Notes under the pieces: generated by a model
Databases searched by the model: none
What the model was told of the DNA's origin: nothing
Seen by the model: the letters and a program-made list of their open reading frames with translations, nothing else
Part shown: positions 11,850-24,602 of the stretch, one piece after another
Layout of the letters: each line of letters starts with the position of its first letter
Numbering within the stretch: position 1 is the first letter of the stretch
Origin: Azolla caroliniana
Lineage: Eukaryota; Plantae; Polypodiophyta
DNA length: 64,000 nucleotides
NCBI GenBank assembly: GCA_043228905.1
Contig: JBHGNT010000004.1
Span: forward strand, 3,534,001-3,598,000
Direction of reading: 5' to 3'
Program-made: the position numbers and the translations under genes

Positions 11850-13833
11850 CTTAACACCGACTCACGCACACACACGCACACACACGCACACACAGCCCGA
11901 CCCGACTCATGCCCTTATGTACAGGAAACGCAGGAAAGGGGGGAGCACCCGACACCAACATAGACACGAATATACACAGATAGACGCAAACATATATATA
12001 TGTATAAACAGAAGAATACAATCCCGGCTTCGACCCAGACTGGGGTAGGTTACAGTAGTCGTCTGCTGCCAAGCCGCCGTCGGGGAGCTCTCAGCTCGTC
12101 GCGCCGAGCGGGGTCTTGCACAGGAGGCCGAACCAAGAAAACCCTAAGCAAACATGCAGAAGGAGAAGAAGAAGAACCTAACTCTAAACCTAACGGTATA
12201 CCCTCTAATGCAAAATGGGCAACCCCTCCACAAAGGGCGTTCCCTTCCTTTTATAGAACAAGGAGAGGGATGCGTTACAATGTGGGACAAATCTCAACTT
12301 TCATGGGATCGTCTGTCCCGACTTGACTACTCTTCGGCGCCATAAAGACGCCCTCGATATTCACACTAAATGTATATGGGTGCGTACACACGTTGGACCC
12401 CGCCGATGTAACCAATGTTTCCTGGTTTTCGACTCTGGCCGAAATTCTTCACGACATCCGCCCCCACCTAACTGCACGTCCACCGGTATGTGCCAATCTG
12501 GTTAAAGGGTGAGAGATTTCGGCCGGTGAGAAACCGGTCTCCCGTGATCCGCATCTCGGCTCGCTGCCGGTTTGATCCGTCGGCTTCGAGTCCTCCTTCG
12601 CGCTCGCCTCCCCGAAGGCTCGTTCGACCCGTCGATGGGTTCTCTGCCGTGATCTCCGTAGTACGCGTTCTTCCGTTGGCCCTTGTTCGGCCGTATGAAC
12701 GCCCCGCTTCCCGCCGTATGCCCGATGTCCTCCGCTTGAGGCATGCCCGTGGTGGCCCGCTTGGCCTCCGTTGTCCAATCGTGATGTCCCGATGGTGTTT
12801 CGCGTCGCCTTCATCCTTCCGCCGCCACCTTCCTTCTCCATGGTCTTACATCGCCGCGTCGGCTCGAACCGCCATGGTCTCCGGAACGGTGTGGAGGATC
12901 CCTTTCCAACGTTCTCCGCGCTCGCCTTTCCGCTCCGGCACCCTCCGTGTGCCACATACCCTCGTCCGTTGTTTGGCACCGCCTGTGCTGTGCTCCGGTT
13001 CATTGCATGTCTTGTCGGCCCCTTTCTGGCCAGATCATGCATCGCCGCTCACCCGCATACCGGTGTTCTTTGCATCCGAGGAACACCCCGTAGTAGCCCG
13101 CTTGGCCCTTCCCGTCTTCGTGCTGCTGCAACAGGTCCTGAGTCTTTCGCTTGCCGTCGTCCCCTCGCCCCCACCAACTTGTCACCCCGGCTTGCCGTGT
13201 CAGTCCTTGTTACTTCGATGGAACTACCGAGATCTACGAAGCGAGTGTGGAGGATCCTCCTCCAGCCTCTCTTGCCATCCTAACTCCGACCCTGTGCAGT
13301 CCACTAGGCACTTGTCACCTCGTTCCCGGCACCTCCCTTGTGCCGTCTTCCGCTTCCTTTGTTCGGCACCGCCCGCGCCGAACACCGTCCCGTAGTCACG
13401 CTTCGATCTGGCCCGCGATGGCCACTTGCGAGACTCTTGTTCTGTTCTAGGTGTGCCTTTCCGCCCTGACACACCTCTCCGTGTTTGCCCTTACCGGCTC
13501 CTTCCGAAACCTCGTGTCGTCGGGTCCCGTTCCCTGCCACCACCGTCCTTCTCCCTTGGTCTCACATTGCCACGTTGGCCGAACTTCCGGAGTCTCCGGA
13601 TCAGTGTGAGGGTCCCATAGGACCTGACTCTGTTTCTATGCTTGCCGTAATTCTGGTGTCTTTTGAGGAGAGTCACTCCCGGACTCTCCTCGTGTCTTCC
13701 GCGTAGTCGGGTCCCGTTTCCCGCCGCCACCTTCCTTCTCCCTCGGTCTTACGTTGCCACGTTGGCAGAACAACCGGAGTCTCCGGAACCGGTGTGGGGA
13801 TCCCATAGGACCGGACTTCCTTACACCCATTGT

Positions 13834-14170
13834 CTTCGTCACCTCGCCGCCACCGTCCGTATCTTGGTCTTATGTCGACCGCGTTGCCGACTACCGAAGT
13901 CTCTAGATCCAGTGTGAAGGATCCTCTGTAGACCGTCCATCCGTAGCCCTTGCCTTCGTCACCTCGCCGCCACCGTCAGTATCTTGGTCTTACGTCGACC
14001 GCGTTGCCGACTGCCGAAGTCTCTAGAGCCGGTGTGAAGGATCCTCCGTAGACCGCCCATCCGTAGCCCTTGCCTTCGTCACCTCGCCACCACCGTCAGT
14101 ATCTTGGTCTTACATCGACCACGTTGCCGACTGCCGAAGTCTCTAGAACCGGTGTGAAGGATCCTCCGTA
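13834..14170. repeat. 120-bp tandem repeat, about 3 copies, in the internal region of element A
   Basis: cttcgtcacctcgcc...gaagtctctaga...gtgtgaaggatcct recurs at 120-bp spacing (about 13834, 13954, 14074). Confidence 0.9.
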
Positions 14171-15579
14171 GGCCGCCGATTTGTCTTCTCGACCCTGTCC
14201 CGGGTCGTCCTTTTCCGCATGCTGAGAGGGCGGTTTACTCCGCACCCTCTCCCGTGGTACCGACGTACTATGTCCTCGGCCTCTTCGTAGGCCTGCTCTC
14301 TTCCTCCCTCTCGGAATGGTCATCCGGGAGTCCGCTCCGCCCGGTTCTCGCTCGGGTCCGTTCGTCATTCTCCGGATTGCCGAGTCTCGTTCTCCTGTCG
14401 CCACCGCTCTCTCGTATAGGACTCATGCCGGCACTCGGACCTGCAGCCGGATCGGTGTAAGGAATCCCATAGGACTGGCTTTCATTCTCCTTCCAACTCT
14501 CGACCTTCGCCCGATCGGTCTTTCTCCCCATGTAAAAGAGGGCGGCTCGTCCCGCACCCTCTCCCGTATCGGCACCTTTATGCCGAGTCCGGCCCCGATC
14601 GAACAATCCACGACTGGATCACGCTCCACCCGTATCGGGATGCCGATCTCCTCGTGCCGTGTCCGTCCGCGGCCTTCTCGCAGGCCGTTTCCCATCCGTC
14701 TTCGCTGGCATCGTGCCAGGACTCCTCGGTACCGCCATCCATCTCTTCGGTCTTACATGGGCATACAGGCCCGAATGCCGAGTTCTCCGGAATCGGGTTC
14801 GTGGGCTTTCGCCTGTTCCTTCCCTGTATCGTCTCGCCGGTGATTCTTGCCCTTTCGCCGCCGCCTTCCTCTGCTTGGGACTCACGTGGGCACTCGGGCC
14901 CGACTGCCATCGTCTCGGGAGCAAGTGTGGGAAGCCGTTGTCGCATTACTACGCGCGTGCGTGGAGAAACAGGGCGGGACCACCGGGGTCTTGAACCGAA
15001 GAGCAGGTGATAGAAGGGGAAAGAGAAAGAGAGAGACGCCCTGTCACGTATGAGCAAAGAAACACAGGGGCGCGGCCCGTCAACACAGAAGACGCGAATG
15101 GACACAGAGACAGGGAGACACAAGTGTTTGTATATTAATGAATAACAAATACACAACAGAGCACGCAAGTGGTTACAACCGAACAGGCCGACGAACAGAT
15201 GCCAATGCCTGTTCGTCTGCGCACGAAAGGAGAAAAGGGTGGAGGTGCAGCCGGAAGCACACGGGCGTTCCTCGAAGCAGCGCGAGCCTCCCGAAAACCT
15301 GAAGAGAAGAGCGATGGAGAACGAACAGAGGAGAAGCGTTCGGTTACGGTCCGACAGCAGTTCGTCCTCCTTAATGCGCGATCCCTTCTCCCTGCGTCTC
15401 CCTCTCCTTTATAGCGTCAAGAAGGGAGCCGTCTCCCTCATTTACTTCCTACCTACCGAATCTAACTACCTAGGATATACCTATGTACCTAATTCCCTAT
15501 TATATACATTAAGGGCGCGCACGCGTGAAGAGCTAGTTCACGCGCGCTATGTACCGATTGTGCTAAGGGACGGTTTTCT

Positions 15580-16549
15580 TCACGACATCCGCCCCCACCG
15601 AACCGCGCATCCACCGGTATGTGCCAGAATTGGGTTCTGGTTGGAGAAAACTGGTCCGGGTTCCAGTTCTTCGTTCATCAGTTCGTCCTCCGTTTCGGAC
15701 TGTTCGTCGTCGCTTTCCAGGCCTCTTAGATCCGGTTCGCCGTCGTGGCGCTTCTTGAACACTTTGATCCGCTTCCTTGCTACCGGTATCGCCATCCTCG
15801 TACCGTCGAGTTCCGCCAGGTGATACGTCCCGTTGTCGTTGGCGCTCGTTACCACGTAAGGCCCGAACCACCGCTTGGCAAACTTCCGTGTTGCTCGGTG
15901 CTGGTTGTCGAGGCTGCTGTCGTAGACTAGCACCCAGTCGCCTTCCTCGATTTTCTTCGGTCGAACCAGGCTTTATTCTTTATCCTCGCCGCCCGAAGTC
16001 TCTACGCCGCTCGTTCCACGTCCTCTGGCCTCCGCTCGAGCTGCCGTATACGCGCCGCTAGCAGTTCTTCCCGACTCATCTCGTCTCTCCAGTCTACTGT
16101 CGCCCAAGAGGAGATCGTCCGTTCCATCGGCATGATTGGCTTCTGTCCGAACATGAGCTCTGTCGGCATGAACCCGGTTACCGAACTGTGCGTTGTCCGG
16201 TCCTCCCACAAGGCATAGGGTAACAGTCGTGGCCAGTTTCCGACCTGTCCTTCGCACGCCCGGACTAGCGCTTTGACGATCGGTCCGTGCCCGCGCTCCA
16301 CCTTCCCGTTCGCGTCCGGATTGTACGCTGTAGTGAGCGAGAGCTTGACCCCTAACCGGTCGAACAGCTCCTCGGCCTCTTCGGTGTCCAACTCCCTGCG
16401 GTTAGCCATGATCTCTCCGACGCACCCGTACCGACATATCACGTCCTCGATCAGGAACCGACACACGGCCGTGGTCGTTTTGTTCTGCAGGGCTCGGCCT
16501 TCCACCTGGTTCGTCAGGTCCTCCCGGGCCAGCACCAGATATTGCATCT
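15580..16549 (-). pseudogene. Integrase core and C-terminus of Gypsy B (frameshifted)
   Basis: YLVLAREDLTNQVEGRAL, TTAYNPDANGKVERGH, KFAKRWFGPYVV (GPY/F motif); continues at 22066 across the Copia insertion. Confidence 0.9.
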
Positions 16550-16639
16550 TGTTGGGATTTCGGTCCCTCCGGATGGGATGTCCGGAGATGAATGACGGCA
16601 AGCCCGGAGGCTGTTACGGAACCGTATGATGAAGAGTAC

Positions 16640-16785
16640 CCGGCATGAAGCCGGATGAAGAGTACCCGGTTACGGAGCCGGATGATGAAGACCCCGGTTA
16701 CGGAGCCGGATGATGAAGACCCCGGCTACGGAGCCGGATGATGAAGACCCCGGTTATGGAGCCGGATGACGAATGTACCCGGAGA
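16640..16785. repeat. 27-bp tandem repeat in the Copia LTR U3 (ccggttacggagccggatgatgaagac); also at about 21453-21598
   Basis: About 4-5 copies visible in both LTRs. Confidence 0.9.
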
Positions 16786-17278
16786 GAGATCCGGATGCGG
16801 AGACATATTTATGAATATGTTTGCCAAGAGCCCTTGAGGCTATATTTGTAAATAGCCCGAAAGTCATATGTGTATAAATATGACTTAGGGCAAACAGTTA
16901 AGTCTGTTGTTGCTCATTTTCTGTTTTCCACTAAGAGGGAGCGAAGTGAGAGCAGCCGAGAGAGAGTGAGAGAGAAGGAGGAAGGAAGAGGTCGACGCCT
17001 CTGTGTAATACCGCCGCCTGTGGCGAGGACAGCGAGCTCAAGGTCGTCGCCTTGCAGCTCGCCATTGTACATTCCCGCGTATAGTGATAGTTGGAGTCTT
17101 GCACTCCCGTGGTTTTTCCCATTTAGGGTTTTCCACGTAAAACATCCAGTGTGCCCTTCTCTCTATTGTTTTCGTGCATTGTTGTATTTCCCGTTTTCTG
17201 TGAATCGATCCTGTTCCTCGGTTGTGGCCGAGCACGGAATTCTGACAAAGTGGTATCAGAGCGACGGTAACACAGAAA

Positions 17279-20200
17279 ATGGAAGGCGGCAGCAGCGTGC
17301 AGCCGGGGATGATGGTGCTGAATGCACAGAACTACGCCGACTGGAAGATAAAGATGGAGGATTTGCTCATTGTTCGGGACCTGTATGAACCGATCGACAG
17401 GTCGGAAATACCCAAGGGGGTACTTGAGACGGAGTGGAGGCTTCTGAACCGGAAAGCCGTTGCAACCATTCGGCAATACGTCGACGTGAGCGTTCTACAA
17501 CACGTGGCGAACGACACCAACGCATATGAGATGTGGAGGAAGCTGTCGGGCCTCTACGAGAGGAAGAATGCGTTGAACCGGACCTCCCTGATGAGAAAGA
17601 TAGTGAACCTCAAGTACCGGGACGGCGAGAGTATGGTGGAACACGTAAGCACGTTCATGGGATTCGTGAACCAGCTTGCGGCGATCAAGTTCCCGTTGGA
17701 GGATGCAATGCAAGCCATCATCCTGATGTGTACATTGCCGGACAGCTGGGAGAACTTGGTGGTGACTCTCAGCACCTCCTGCGCCGAAGATAACTTGTCC
17801 CTACAAACGGTAAAGACAAGTATTTTGAACGAAGAAGCGCGTCGGAGAGATAAAGAACCGGTCTCCGACTCGAAGGCGCTGCTTACCGAATCGGAACGGG
17901 GAAGACAATGGAACCGGAGTCCGCAAAGACGGGAGAAGTCGGGGACCCGGTCGCAGTCAAGAGGAAGACCCACATGCTTCCACTGTGGGAAGCCGGGGCA
18001 CTTCCGGAAGAATTGTCGGCATTACCGAAAAGACAACGGAGCCGACGACACCGATTCGAAGAAGTCACCGGAGAGAAACGGTGCATACCGGGGAGCCACG
18101 GACCGGAGAGGTCCGGATCGGCGAGGGCAGGACCGGAAAGGAACGATGGCACTCGCGGCAAGTGAAGAGGAGATCATGCTCATCACCGAAGAAGGTGAAC
18201 TAAACATTGCCGGCGATGAGACTACCTGGGTGGTCGATTCCGGAGCGTCGTTCCACCTGACCCCGGAAAGCAGATACTTCTCATCCTACACAGCCGGTGA
18301 ACATGGCTGTGTTCGGATGGGAAATGAAGGTACGTGCCGGATTGCCGGCATAGGAGACGTATGGTTGACAACCCCGACCGGATGCAAAATGCTGCTGAAG
18401 GATGTCCGACACGTTCCGGAGGTTCGATTGAACCTGATTTCGGCCGGGAGGCTAGACGATGAAGGCTACACAGGTAGCATCCGGAACGGCGTAATGAAGT
18501 TCAGCAAGGGAAGCCTGATAGTGGCTCGGGCCCGGAAAGTCAACACACTGTACCTTATGAATGCCTGGTTGTGTCCGGAAGAGCTGAATGTGGCAGCCGA
18601 CACTGCCGGTGAGCTGTGGCACAAAAGACTGTGCCACATGAGTGAGAAGGGGATGAAGAGGCTTGCAGAAGACAACCTTATTCCAGTAAAGCATGTGCAC
18701 CTGGAGAAGTGCACCGATTGCCTGGCCGGTAAGCAGAACCGAACCTCCTTCCACTCAAGGCCACCGACGAGATGTAGCGCACCATTGGAGTTGGTGCACA
18801 CGGATGTGTGTCAGGTAGAAACGAAGTCACATGGTGGAGCCCAGTACTTCGTGACTTTCATTGATGATCACAGCCGGAAGCTGTGGACGGCGCCGTTGAA
18901 GACAAAGGACCAAATGTTGTCCGTCTTCAAAGAACTCCACGCGAGAGTGGAAAGGGAATCCGGCAAGAAGCTGAAAACGATACGAGCGGATAACGGAGGA
19001 GAATACCGGGGGCAGTTCGCGGAGTACTGTCGCTCGAAGGGAATCCGGCTCGAGTTTATTGTGCCGAAGACGCCGGAACTTAACGGGCTGGCCGAGAGGA
19101 TGAACCGGTCCATAATGGAGAGGGTCCGGAGTATGCTAGCGCATGCGAAATTACCCAAGGGGTTTTGGGCTGAGGCGATGTCGACGGCGACATACGTGAT
19201 AAATAGATCACCCTCAGTACCTTTGGACGGAGACACGCCGCAGAGAGTGTGGACCGGTAGGGAAGTATCCTACCGGCATCTGAAGGTGTTCGGGTGCCTC
19301 GCATATGTGCATGTGGCTAAGGACCGGAGAGGAAAGCTAGATCCAAAGACCCGGCCATGCATATTCCTCGGTTACGGCGATGACGAGTTCGGCTACCGAG
19401 TATGGGACCCGGTCGACAAGAAGATATTCCGGAGTCGTGATATCATCTTCATGGAGAACAAGACACTTGCCGACTGGGAGTCGGAGAAGAAGGTGAAGAG
19501 CTCCAAGTCGACCGGTGAGGATCAACTCTACGAGGAGCAGTCCCGACCGGTAAGAGACCGGTTAGCACTCGAGGATCCGGCCGAAGACGGTGAAGAAATA
19601 GAACCGGCCGAAGAAGATGAAAATGATACCGGAACCGGCCCCGATCCCGAAATGGATTCGGATGAAGAAAAATCGGAAGAACCGGTTACCGAAGCTCCGG
19701 AACGGAGATATCCTCTAAGAGAGAGAAGGGCCCCCCGGAGATTTCCGGAACCAGAGCACGTGCTGCTAACCGACAAAGGGGAGCCGGAGAGCTTTGAAGA
19801 AGCAAAGCATGACACCCAGAGCCGCAGGTGGTTGAGTGCCATGCAGGACGAGATGGATTCCCTGCATGAGAACCACACATATGAACTTGTGGAGTTGCCG
19901 AAAGGAAAGCGGGCACTTCGAAACAAGTGGGTGTTCAAGCTGAAACCGGGAGATGCCGGAAACCCCCCGAGATACAAAGCCAGGATCGTGGTGAAGGGGT
20001 TTCAGCAGAAGAAGGGCGTCGACTTCGATGAGATATTCGCCCCGGTAGTGAAGATGACCTCCATCCGGACGGTGCTGAGCATAGCGGCAAGCATGGACCT
20101 CGAGGTAGAACAGATGGACGTGAAGACGGCATTCCTTCACGGTGACCTCAAAGAAGAGATCTACATGCAGCAACCGGAAGGATTCGAGAAGAAAGGGAAG

Positions 20201-21352
20201 GAGCACCTGGTATGCCGGTTGAAGAAGAGCCTTTACGGACTGAAGCAGGCTCCCCGGCAATGGTACCGGAAGTTCGACTCCTTCATGACCGACGAAGGGT
20301 ACCACAAAACGCAGTCTGATCACTGCGTGTTTGTGAAGAAGTTCGAAGGAGGAGACTCTCTAATACTCCTCCTGTACGTGGACGACATGTTGATCGTCGG
20401 ACGGGACCAGGTCAAGATACGGACGCTGAAGAAAGCGCTTCACCTAACCTTCTCAATGAAGGACCTGGGTCCGGCGAGGCAAATACTAGGGATGCACATC
20501 ATCCGGGACCGGAAGAAGAAGCAGTTGTGGCTGTCACAGGAGAAGTACGTGACAAAGGTGCTTCACCGGTTCAACATGTCGGAAGCAAGACCGGTCGGGT
20601 CAACCCTCCCGGGAAACTGCAAGTTGTCCAGCAAGCAAAGCCCCAAGACAAAGGCTGAGAAGGAGGACATGATGAAAGTACCATATGCCTCTGCCGTCGG
20701 AAGCTTAATGTACGCAATGGTGTGTACAAGACCGGACATAGGATATGCAGTTGGAGTGGTGAGCCGGTACATGAGCAATCCCGGCAAAGAGCACTGGAAC
20801 GCGGTCAAGTGGATACTCCGATACCTGAAGGGCACGACAAACGTGTGCCTCCGATTCGGCTCCGGTAAGCCCGAATTCGACGGCTTTACCGATTCGGATA
20901 TGTCGGCTGATGCAGATACCAGCCGGTCCACATCAGGGTATGTGATGACGTATGCAGGTGGAGCTGTTTCGTGGCAGTCGAGGCTGCAGAAGACGGTTGC
21001 GTTGTCAACCACGGAGGCGGAGTACATGGCGGCTGTTGAAGCCGGCAAGGAAATAATATGGATGAAGGACTTCATTAGAGAGCTCGGTATCCAGCAGGAG
21101 GAGTACCGACTCTACTGCGACAGTCAGAGTGCCATCCACCTTGCGAAGAACGCGGCTTATCACTCCCGGACGAAGCACATCCAGCGAAGATATCACTGGA
21201 TCCGGGAAAGGATAGAAGACAAGGAGTTCGTGCTGACGAAGGTCCACACGGACGAGAACGGGTCGGATATGCTGACCAAGGTGCTCACACCCGACAAGCT
21301 GGAAGCATGCCGGAAGAGGATCGGACTGGAGAGACATCCCATGCCGAAGTGA
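17279..21352 (+). CDS. Copia Gag-Pol polyprotein (gag, CCHC knuckle, protease, integrase, RT, RNase H), 1357 aa, uninterrupted
   Basis: CFHCGKPGHFRKNC; WVVDSGAS; WHKRLCH...C..C; VHTDV, ADNGGEY, NGLAERMN; [26 protein letters not shown]; SRSTSGY, TEAEY, RTKHI. Confidence 0.98.
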   Translation: MEGGSSVQPGMMVLNAQNYADWKIKMEDLLIVRDLYEPIDRSEIPKGVLETEWRLLNRKAVATIRQYVDVSVLQHVANDTNAYEMWRKLSGLYERKNALNRTSLMRKIVNLKYRDGESMVEHVSTFMGFVNQLAAIKFPLEDAMQAIILMCTLPDSWENLVVTLSTSCAEDNLSLQTVKTSILNEEARRRDKEPVSDSKALLTESERGRQWNRSPQRREKSGTRSQSRGRPTCFHCGKPGHFRKNCRHYRKDNGADDTDSKKSPERNGAYRGATDRRGPDRRGQDRKGTMALAASEEEIMLITEEGELNIAGDETTWVVDSGASFHLTPESRYFSSYTAGEHGCVRMGNEGTCRIAGIGDVWLTTPTGCKMLLKDVRHVPEVRLNLISAGRLDDEGYTGSIRNGVMKFSKGSLIVARARKVNTLYLMNAWLCPEELNVAADTAGELWHKRLCHMSEKGMKRLAEDNLIPVKHVHLEKCTDCLAGKQNRTSFHSRPPTRCSAPLELVHTDVCQVETKSHGGAQYFVTFIDDHSRKLWTAPLKTKDQMLSVFKELHARVERESGKKLKTIRADNGGEYRGQFAEYCRSKGIRLEFIVPKTPELNGLAERMNRSIMERVRSMLAHAKLPKGFWAEAMSTATYVINRSPSVPLDGDTPQRVWTGREVSYRHLKVFGCLAYVHVAKDRRGKLDPKTRPCIFLGYGDDEFGYRVWDPVDKKIFRSRDIIFMENKTLADWESEKKVKSSKSTGEDQLYEEQSRPVRDRLALEDPAEDGEEIEPAEEDENDTGTGPDPEMDSDEEKSEEPVTEAPERRYPLRERRAPRRFPEPEHVLLTDKGEPESFEEAKHDTQSRRWLSAMQDEMDSLHENHTYELVELPKGKRALRNKWVFKLKPGDAGNPPRYKARIVVKGFQQKKGVDFDEIFAPVVKMTSIRTVLSIAASMDLEVEQMDVKTAFLHGDLKEEIYMQQPEGFEKKGKEHLVCRLKKSLYGLKQAPRQWYRKFDSFMTDEGYHKTQSDHCVFVKKFEGGDSLILLLYVDDMLIVGRDQVKIRTLKKALHLTFSMKDLGPARQILGMHIIRDRKKKQLWLSQEKYVTKVLHRFNMSEARPVGSTLPGNCKLSSKQSPKTKAEKEDMMKVPYASAVGSLMYAMVCTRPDIGYAVGVVSRYMSNPGKEHWNAVKWILRYLKGTTNVCLRFGSGKPEFDGFTDSDMSADADTSRSTSGYVMTYAGGAVSWQSRLQKTVALSTTEAEYMAAVEAGKEIIWMKDFIRELGIQQEEYRLYCDSQSAIHLAKNAAYHSRTKHIQRRYHWIRERIEDKEFVLTKVHTDENGSDMLTKVLTPDKLEACRKRIGLERHPMPK

Positions 21353-22065
21353 AGGGGGAGTTTGTTGGGATTTCGGTCCCTCCGGATGGGATGTCCGGAG
21401 ATGAATGACGGCAAGCCCGGAGGCTGTTACGGAACCGTATGATGAAGAGTACCCGGCATGAAGCCGGATGAAGAGTACCCGGTTACGGAGCCGGATGATG
21501 AAGACCCCGGTTACGGAGCCGGATGATGAAGACCCCGGCTACGGAGCCGGATGATGAAGACCCCGGTTACGGAGCCGGATGACGAATGTACCCGGAGAGA
21601 GATCCGGATGCGGAGACATATTTATGAATATGTTTGCCAAGAGCCCTTGAGGCTATATTTGTAAATAGCCCGAAAGTCATATGTGTATAAATATGACTTA
21701 GGGCAAACAGTTAAGTCTGTTGTTGCTCATTTTCTGTTTTCCACTAAGAGGGAGCGAAGTGAGAGCAGCCGAGAGAGAGTGAGAGAGAAGGAGGAAGGAA
21801 GAGGTCGACGCCTCTGTGTAATACCGCCGCCTGTGGCGAGGACAACGAGCTCAAGGTCGTCGCCTTGCAGCTCGCCATTGTACATTCCCGCGTATAGTGA
21901 TAGTTGGAGTCTTGCACTCCCGTGGTTTTTCCCATTTAGGGTTTTCCACGTAAAACATCCAGTGTGCCCTTCTCTCTATTGTTTTCGTGCATTGTTGTAT
22001 TTCCCGTTTTCTGTGAATCGATCCTGTTCCTCGGTTGTGGCCGAGCACGGAATTCCGACACATCT

Positions 22066-24602
22066 GCCCTACGCCCATCAGCATCGTCACCAAATCTACC
22101 GTCCATTTGAAGTGGATGGCCAGAGGGTATGTAGGGTGAAGCTCTCACAAGTTGTCACGAACCGATGTACGTCCCGGTACAGTCCCGGCCACCAGTACTT
22201 CCCCTTTAGTTTCTCGAACGTGGCCCACGTCCCATGGTGTCCAGCCTAGGGGCTGTCGTGGTAGGCCTTCAGCAACTCCTCCTGTTCCTGCTCCATCGCC
22301 ACTACTCGGAGCGGGATGCCGTTTCTCTTCTTCAGGTGCTTCCACAAGTATCCGTCCCGGAGAAAGAATCGGTATGCTTTCTTCCGGATCCGGTTGGCCT
22401 CGTCCTTTGTCCATGACGCGTCCGGCGTCATCGTCCTCAAGAATTCCCCAATCTGCAGCCACTCCCCGTCGTACTTGCTCTCGTTGAAATCGTTAAGCGC
22501 CGGAGTGCTCCCACCCTCGGTTGTTACGTAAGCCGCATCGAAAAAGTCCACGCTGACTTCCTCGTCCTCCGAAACCATGCCGCCCTCGTCGTCGAATCAC
22601 GCCCTCGAAAGCATGTCGGCCATGGCATTGTCTTTCCCGGAAATGTGTCGTATTTCCGGATCCAGGGACTTGATGTACGCTATCCACCTGAGCATTGCCA
22701 GGTCCGGGGTTGCGCATCCGGAAACCATGCCGAGAATCGGCAGGCAGTCCGTCTCTCGATAATCACCTCTGTCCCGATCAGATAGTCTTTATCGGCCTTT
22801 ACCGTCGAAACGATACCCCAGAGTTCGCGTTTAACCTGGGCGTATCCTCGCTGTCGCTCGCTAAGGACCTTCGCACCGAACCGGATTGGGAACCGAATGT
22901 CGTCCTTATCTTCTTGGTTGACGACCCATCCGATCCCAGTCGGACTTGTATCTACCGTTATGTAGATGGGAGTGCCTTTCTCGTAGACAGCCTTCCGGAG
23001 TGCCGGAGCTGCAGCAAGAGCCTCCTTCATCTTTCGGACTAACTCCGTATGCTCGTCTCTTTTTCAGCAACCCGTATAGCGGCTCGGCAACGTGGGCGTA
23101 ATGCGGGATCCATATGTGGTAGAACGTGCATGCTCCCAAGAACCTCCATACCTCCGTGACCGAGTTACAGTCGGGCTTCATTGCGGAGATGGCTTCCACC
23201 TTAGCTGGAGACGGTTTCCGGCCATACGGTCCGCATAGATGTCCGACGACCATGATTTCTGATTGCCCGAAGGCCGATTTCTCCCCGGAGAAGGTGAGCC
23301 TCGCGTCCTCTAGCCTCTGCAACACCCTCTCGCAGTCGTCAATGTGTGTCGCCACGAATTTCCGGCATCCGTCCGGTCCGATCATTTCGTCCTTTTTCTC
23401 CACCGGACATCCCTTGATCGGGATGTCGTCCAAGAATGGCATGGTGATGTCCGGGATACAATCCCTCAGCACCTTGTTCATCGCATTCACCATATGGGCC
23501 ACCGAGGTCGTCCCTCCTTGTGGTAGGGTACACATCCACACTAGGCCGAGAGGAGTCCGCATCGTCGTAATGTCTCTGCTCTCTACGGCTAGTTGGAACT
23601 GATCATACCCCGAGTACAGATCACCGACCGAGTAGATCGACCTTCCGGCGAAGGCCTCCGCGAACTCTTCTATCGTTGGTCCGATTCCTACGTTCTGAAT
23701 AGTCACTCTGTTGACCGGTTGCAGGTCTTGAATAAAGCGCAACGTCCCGTTCTTCTTCGGTACGGTAAACCACCGGTTCGAGTACGGGGCACTCGATGGT
23801 TCGACGATGCCCATATCGACTTTCTGCCTTAACAGCTCCATCAGCTCCGGGATGTGAGCTCTCGGTACCGGAATTGGTTTGAGATTCCACGGCACATGCG
23901 GTACCGTGAATATCACCATCGGCTTCACGATTGCCGGGTCTACGCACCCGATCTCTCCCGGCGAGAATGCGAAGGCTTTCCCGTGCCTTCCGAGCATTCT
24001 CCGAAACCGGTCTTCTTCCGCCGGTAGTAGGAACCCGCCCCCACCGATTTTGAGCTCCCGTAGCGTTCTGTCGGTGAAGGCGTGCCCTATGCAGGCCGGA
24101 TCTCGTAAACTGGGGTCCGACGCGACCCCCTTGATTTGCAACTCGCTGCCCTCCGGTAAGGGTGCCGCGACTGGCCTTACCTTCCGGTCCACAGTCTTGT
24201 ACTTCGTGTTAACCCGGGCCGTCCAATCCGACTCGAGCCCTCGACTGAAGTCCGCGATGACTTCGTACATCTCTTCTAAACAAACCGGTATCGTCCGGTC
24301 CTCTTTAAGGCCCTCTCCGACCACCTCTCGCAATATTCCCAAGGTATCGTCGAAGGAGACCGCCTCCATGGTTCCGTTGATTTCCTCGCTGGGCCCGAGA
24401 ACTCCGCACACCCGAAGTCGCTCTTCCGCCCTTGTCTTTTCTCGGCCTACGACGCCGACTATCGTACACCCTCCGTTGTCAGAGAAACAAAACTTCCTAC
24501 TTATGGTACAAGGTTTCTTTGGTTTCGCTTCTATCGTACATTTGTGGGGGTTTCCTGGAGTGTCTGGACTGTCGCGGCCCCACGCCTTGGCAGCCCTCTC
24601 TA
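22066..24602 (-). pseudogene. Gypsy B pol: RT, RNase H and integrase zinc-binding region (with frameshifts/deletions)
   Basis: YSNRWFTVPKKNGTLRFIQDLQPVN, GDLYSGYDQ, LPQGGTTSV, FLDDIPIKG, VDTSPTGIGW, YAQVKRELWG, AYHDSP. Confidence 0.92.

Larger units (their letters stand above)
16550..22060 (+). mobile_element. Intact, young Ty1/Copia LTR retrotransposon (Tnt1/Tork-like)
   Basis: 698-bp LTRs at 16550-17247 and 21363-22060 (TG...CA) with only 3 differences seen; 5-bp TSD CATCT; PBS TGGTATCAGAGC (tRNA-iMet) at 17251-17262; PPT gaagggggag near 21351. Confidence 0.98.

Noticed and set aside
12449-15168. Many long overlapping ORFs on both strands
   Set aside because: GC-rich internal/LTR sequence of element A; no recognisable domains; stop scarcity explained by composition.
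16640-16785. Regularly spaced 27-bp (and 40-bp at 37940-38150) repeats resembling a CRISPR array
   Set aside because: Head-to-tail repeats with no unique spacers, inside Copia LTR U3; eukaryotic context and no cas genes.
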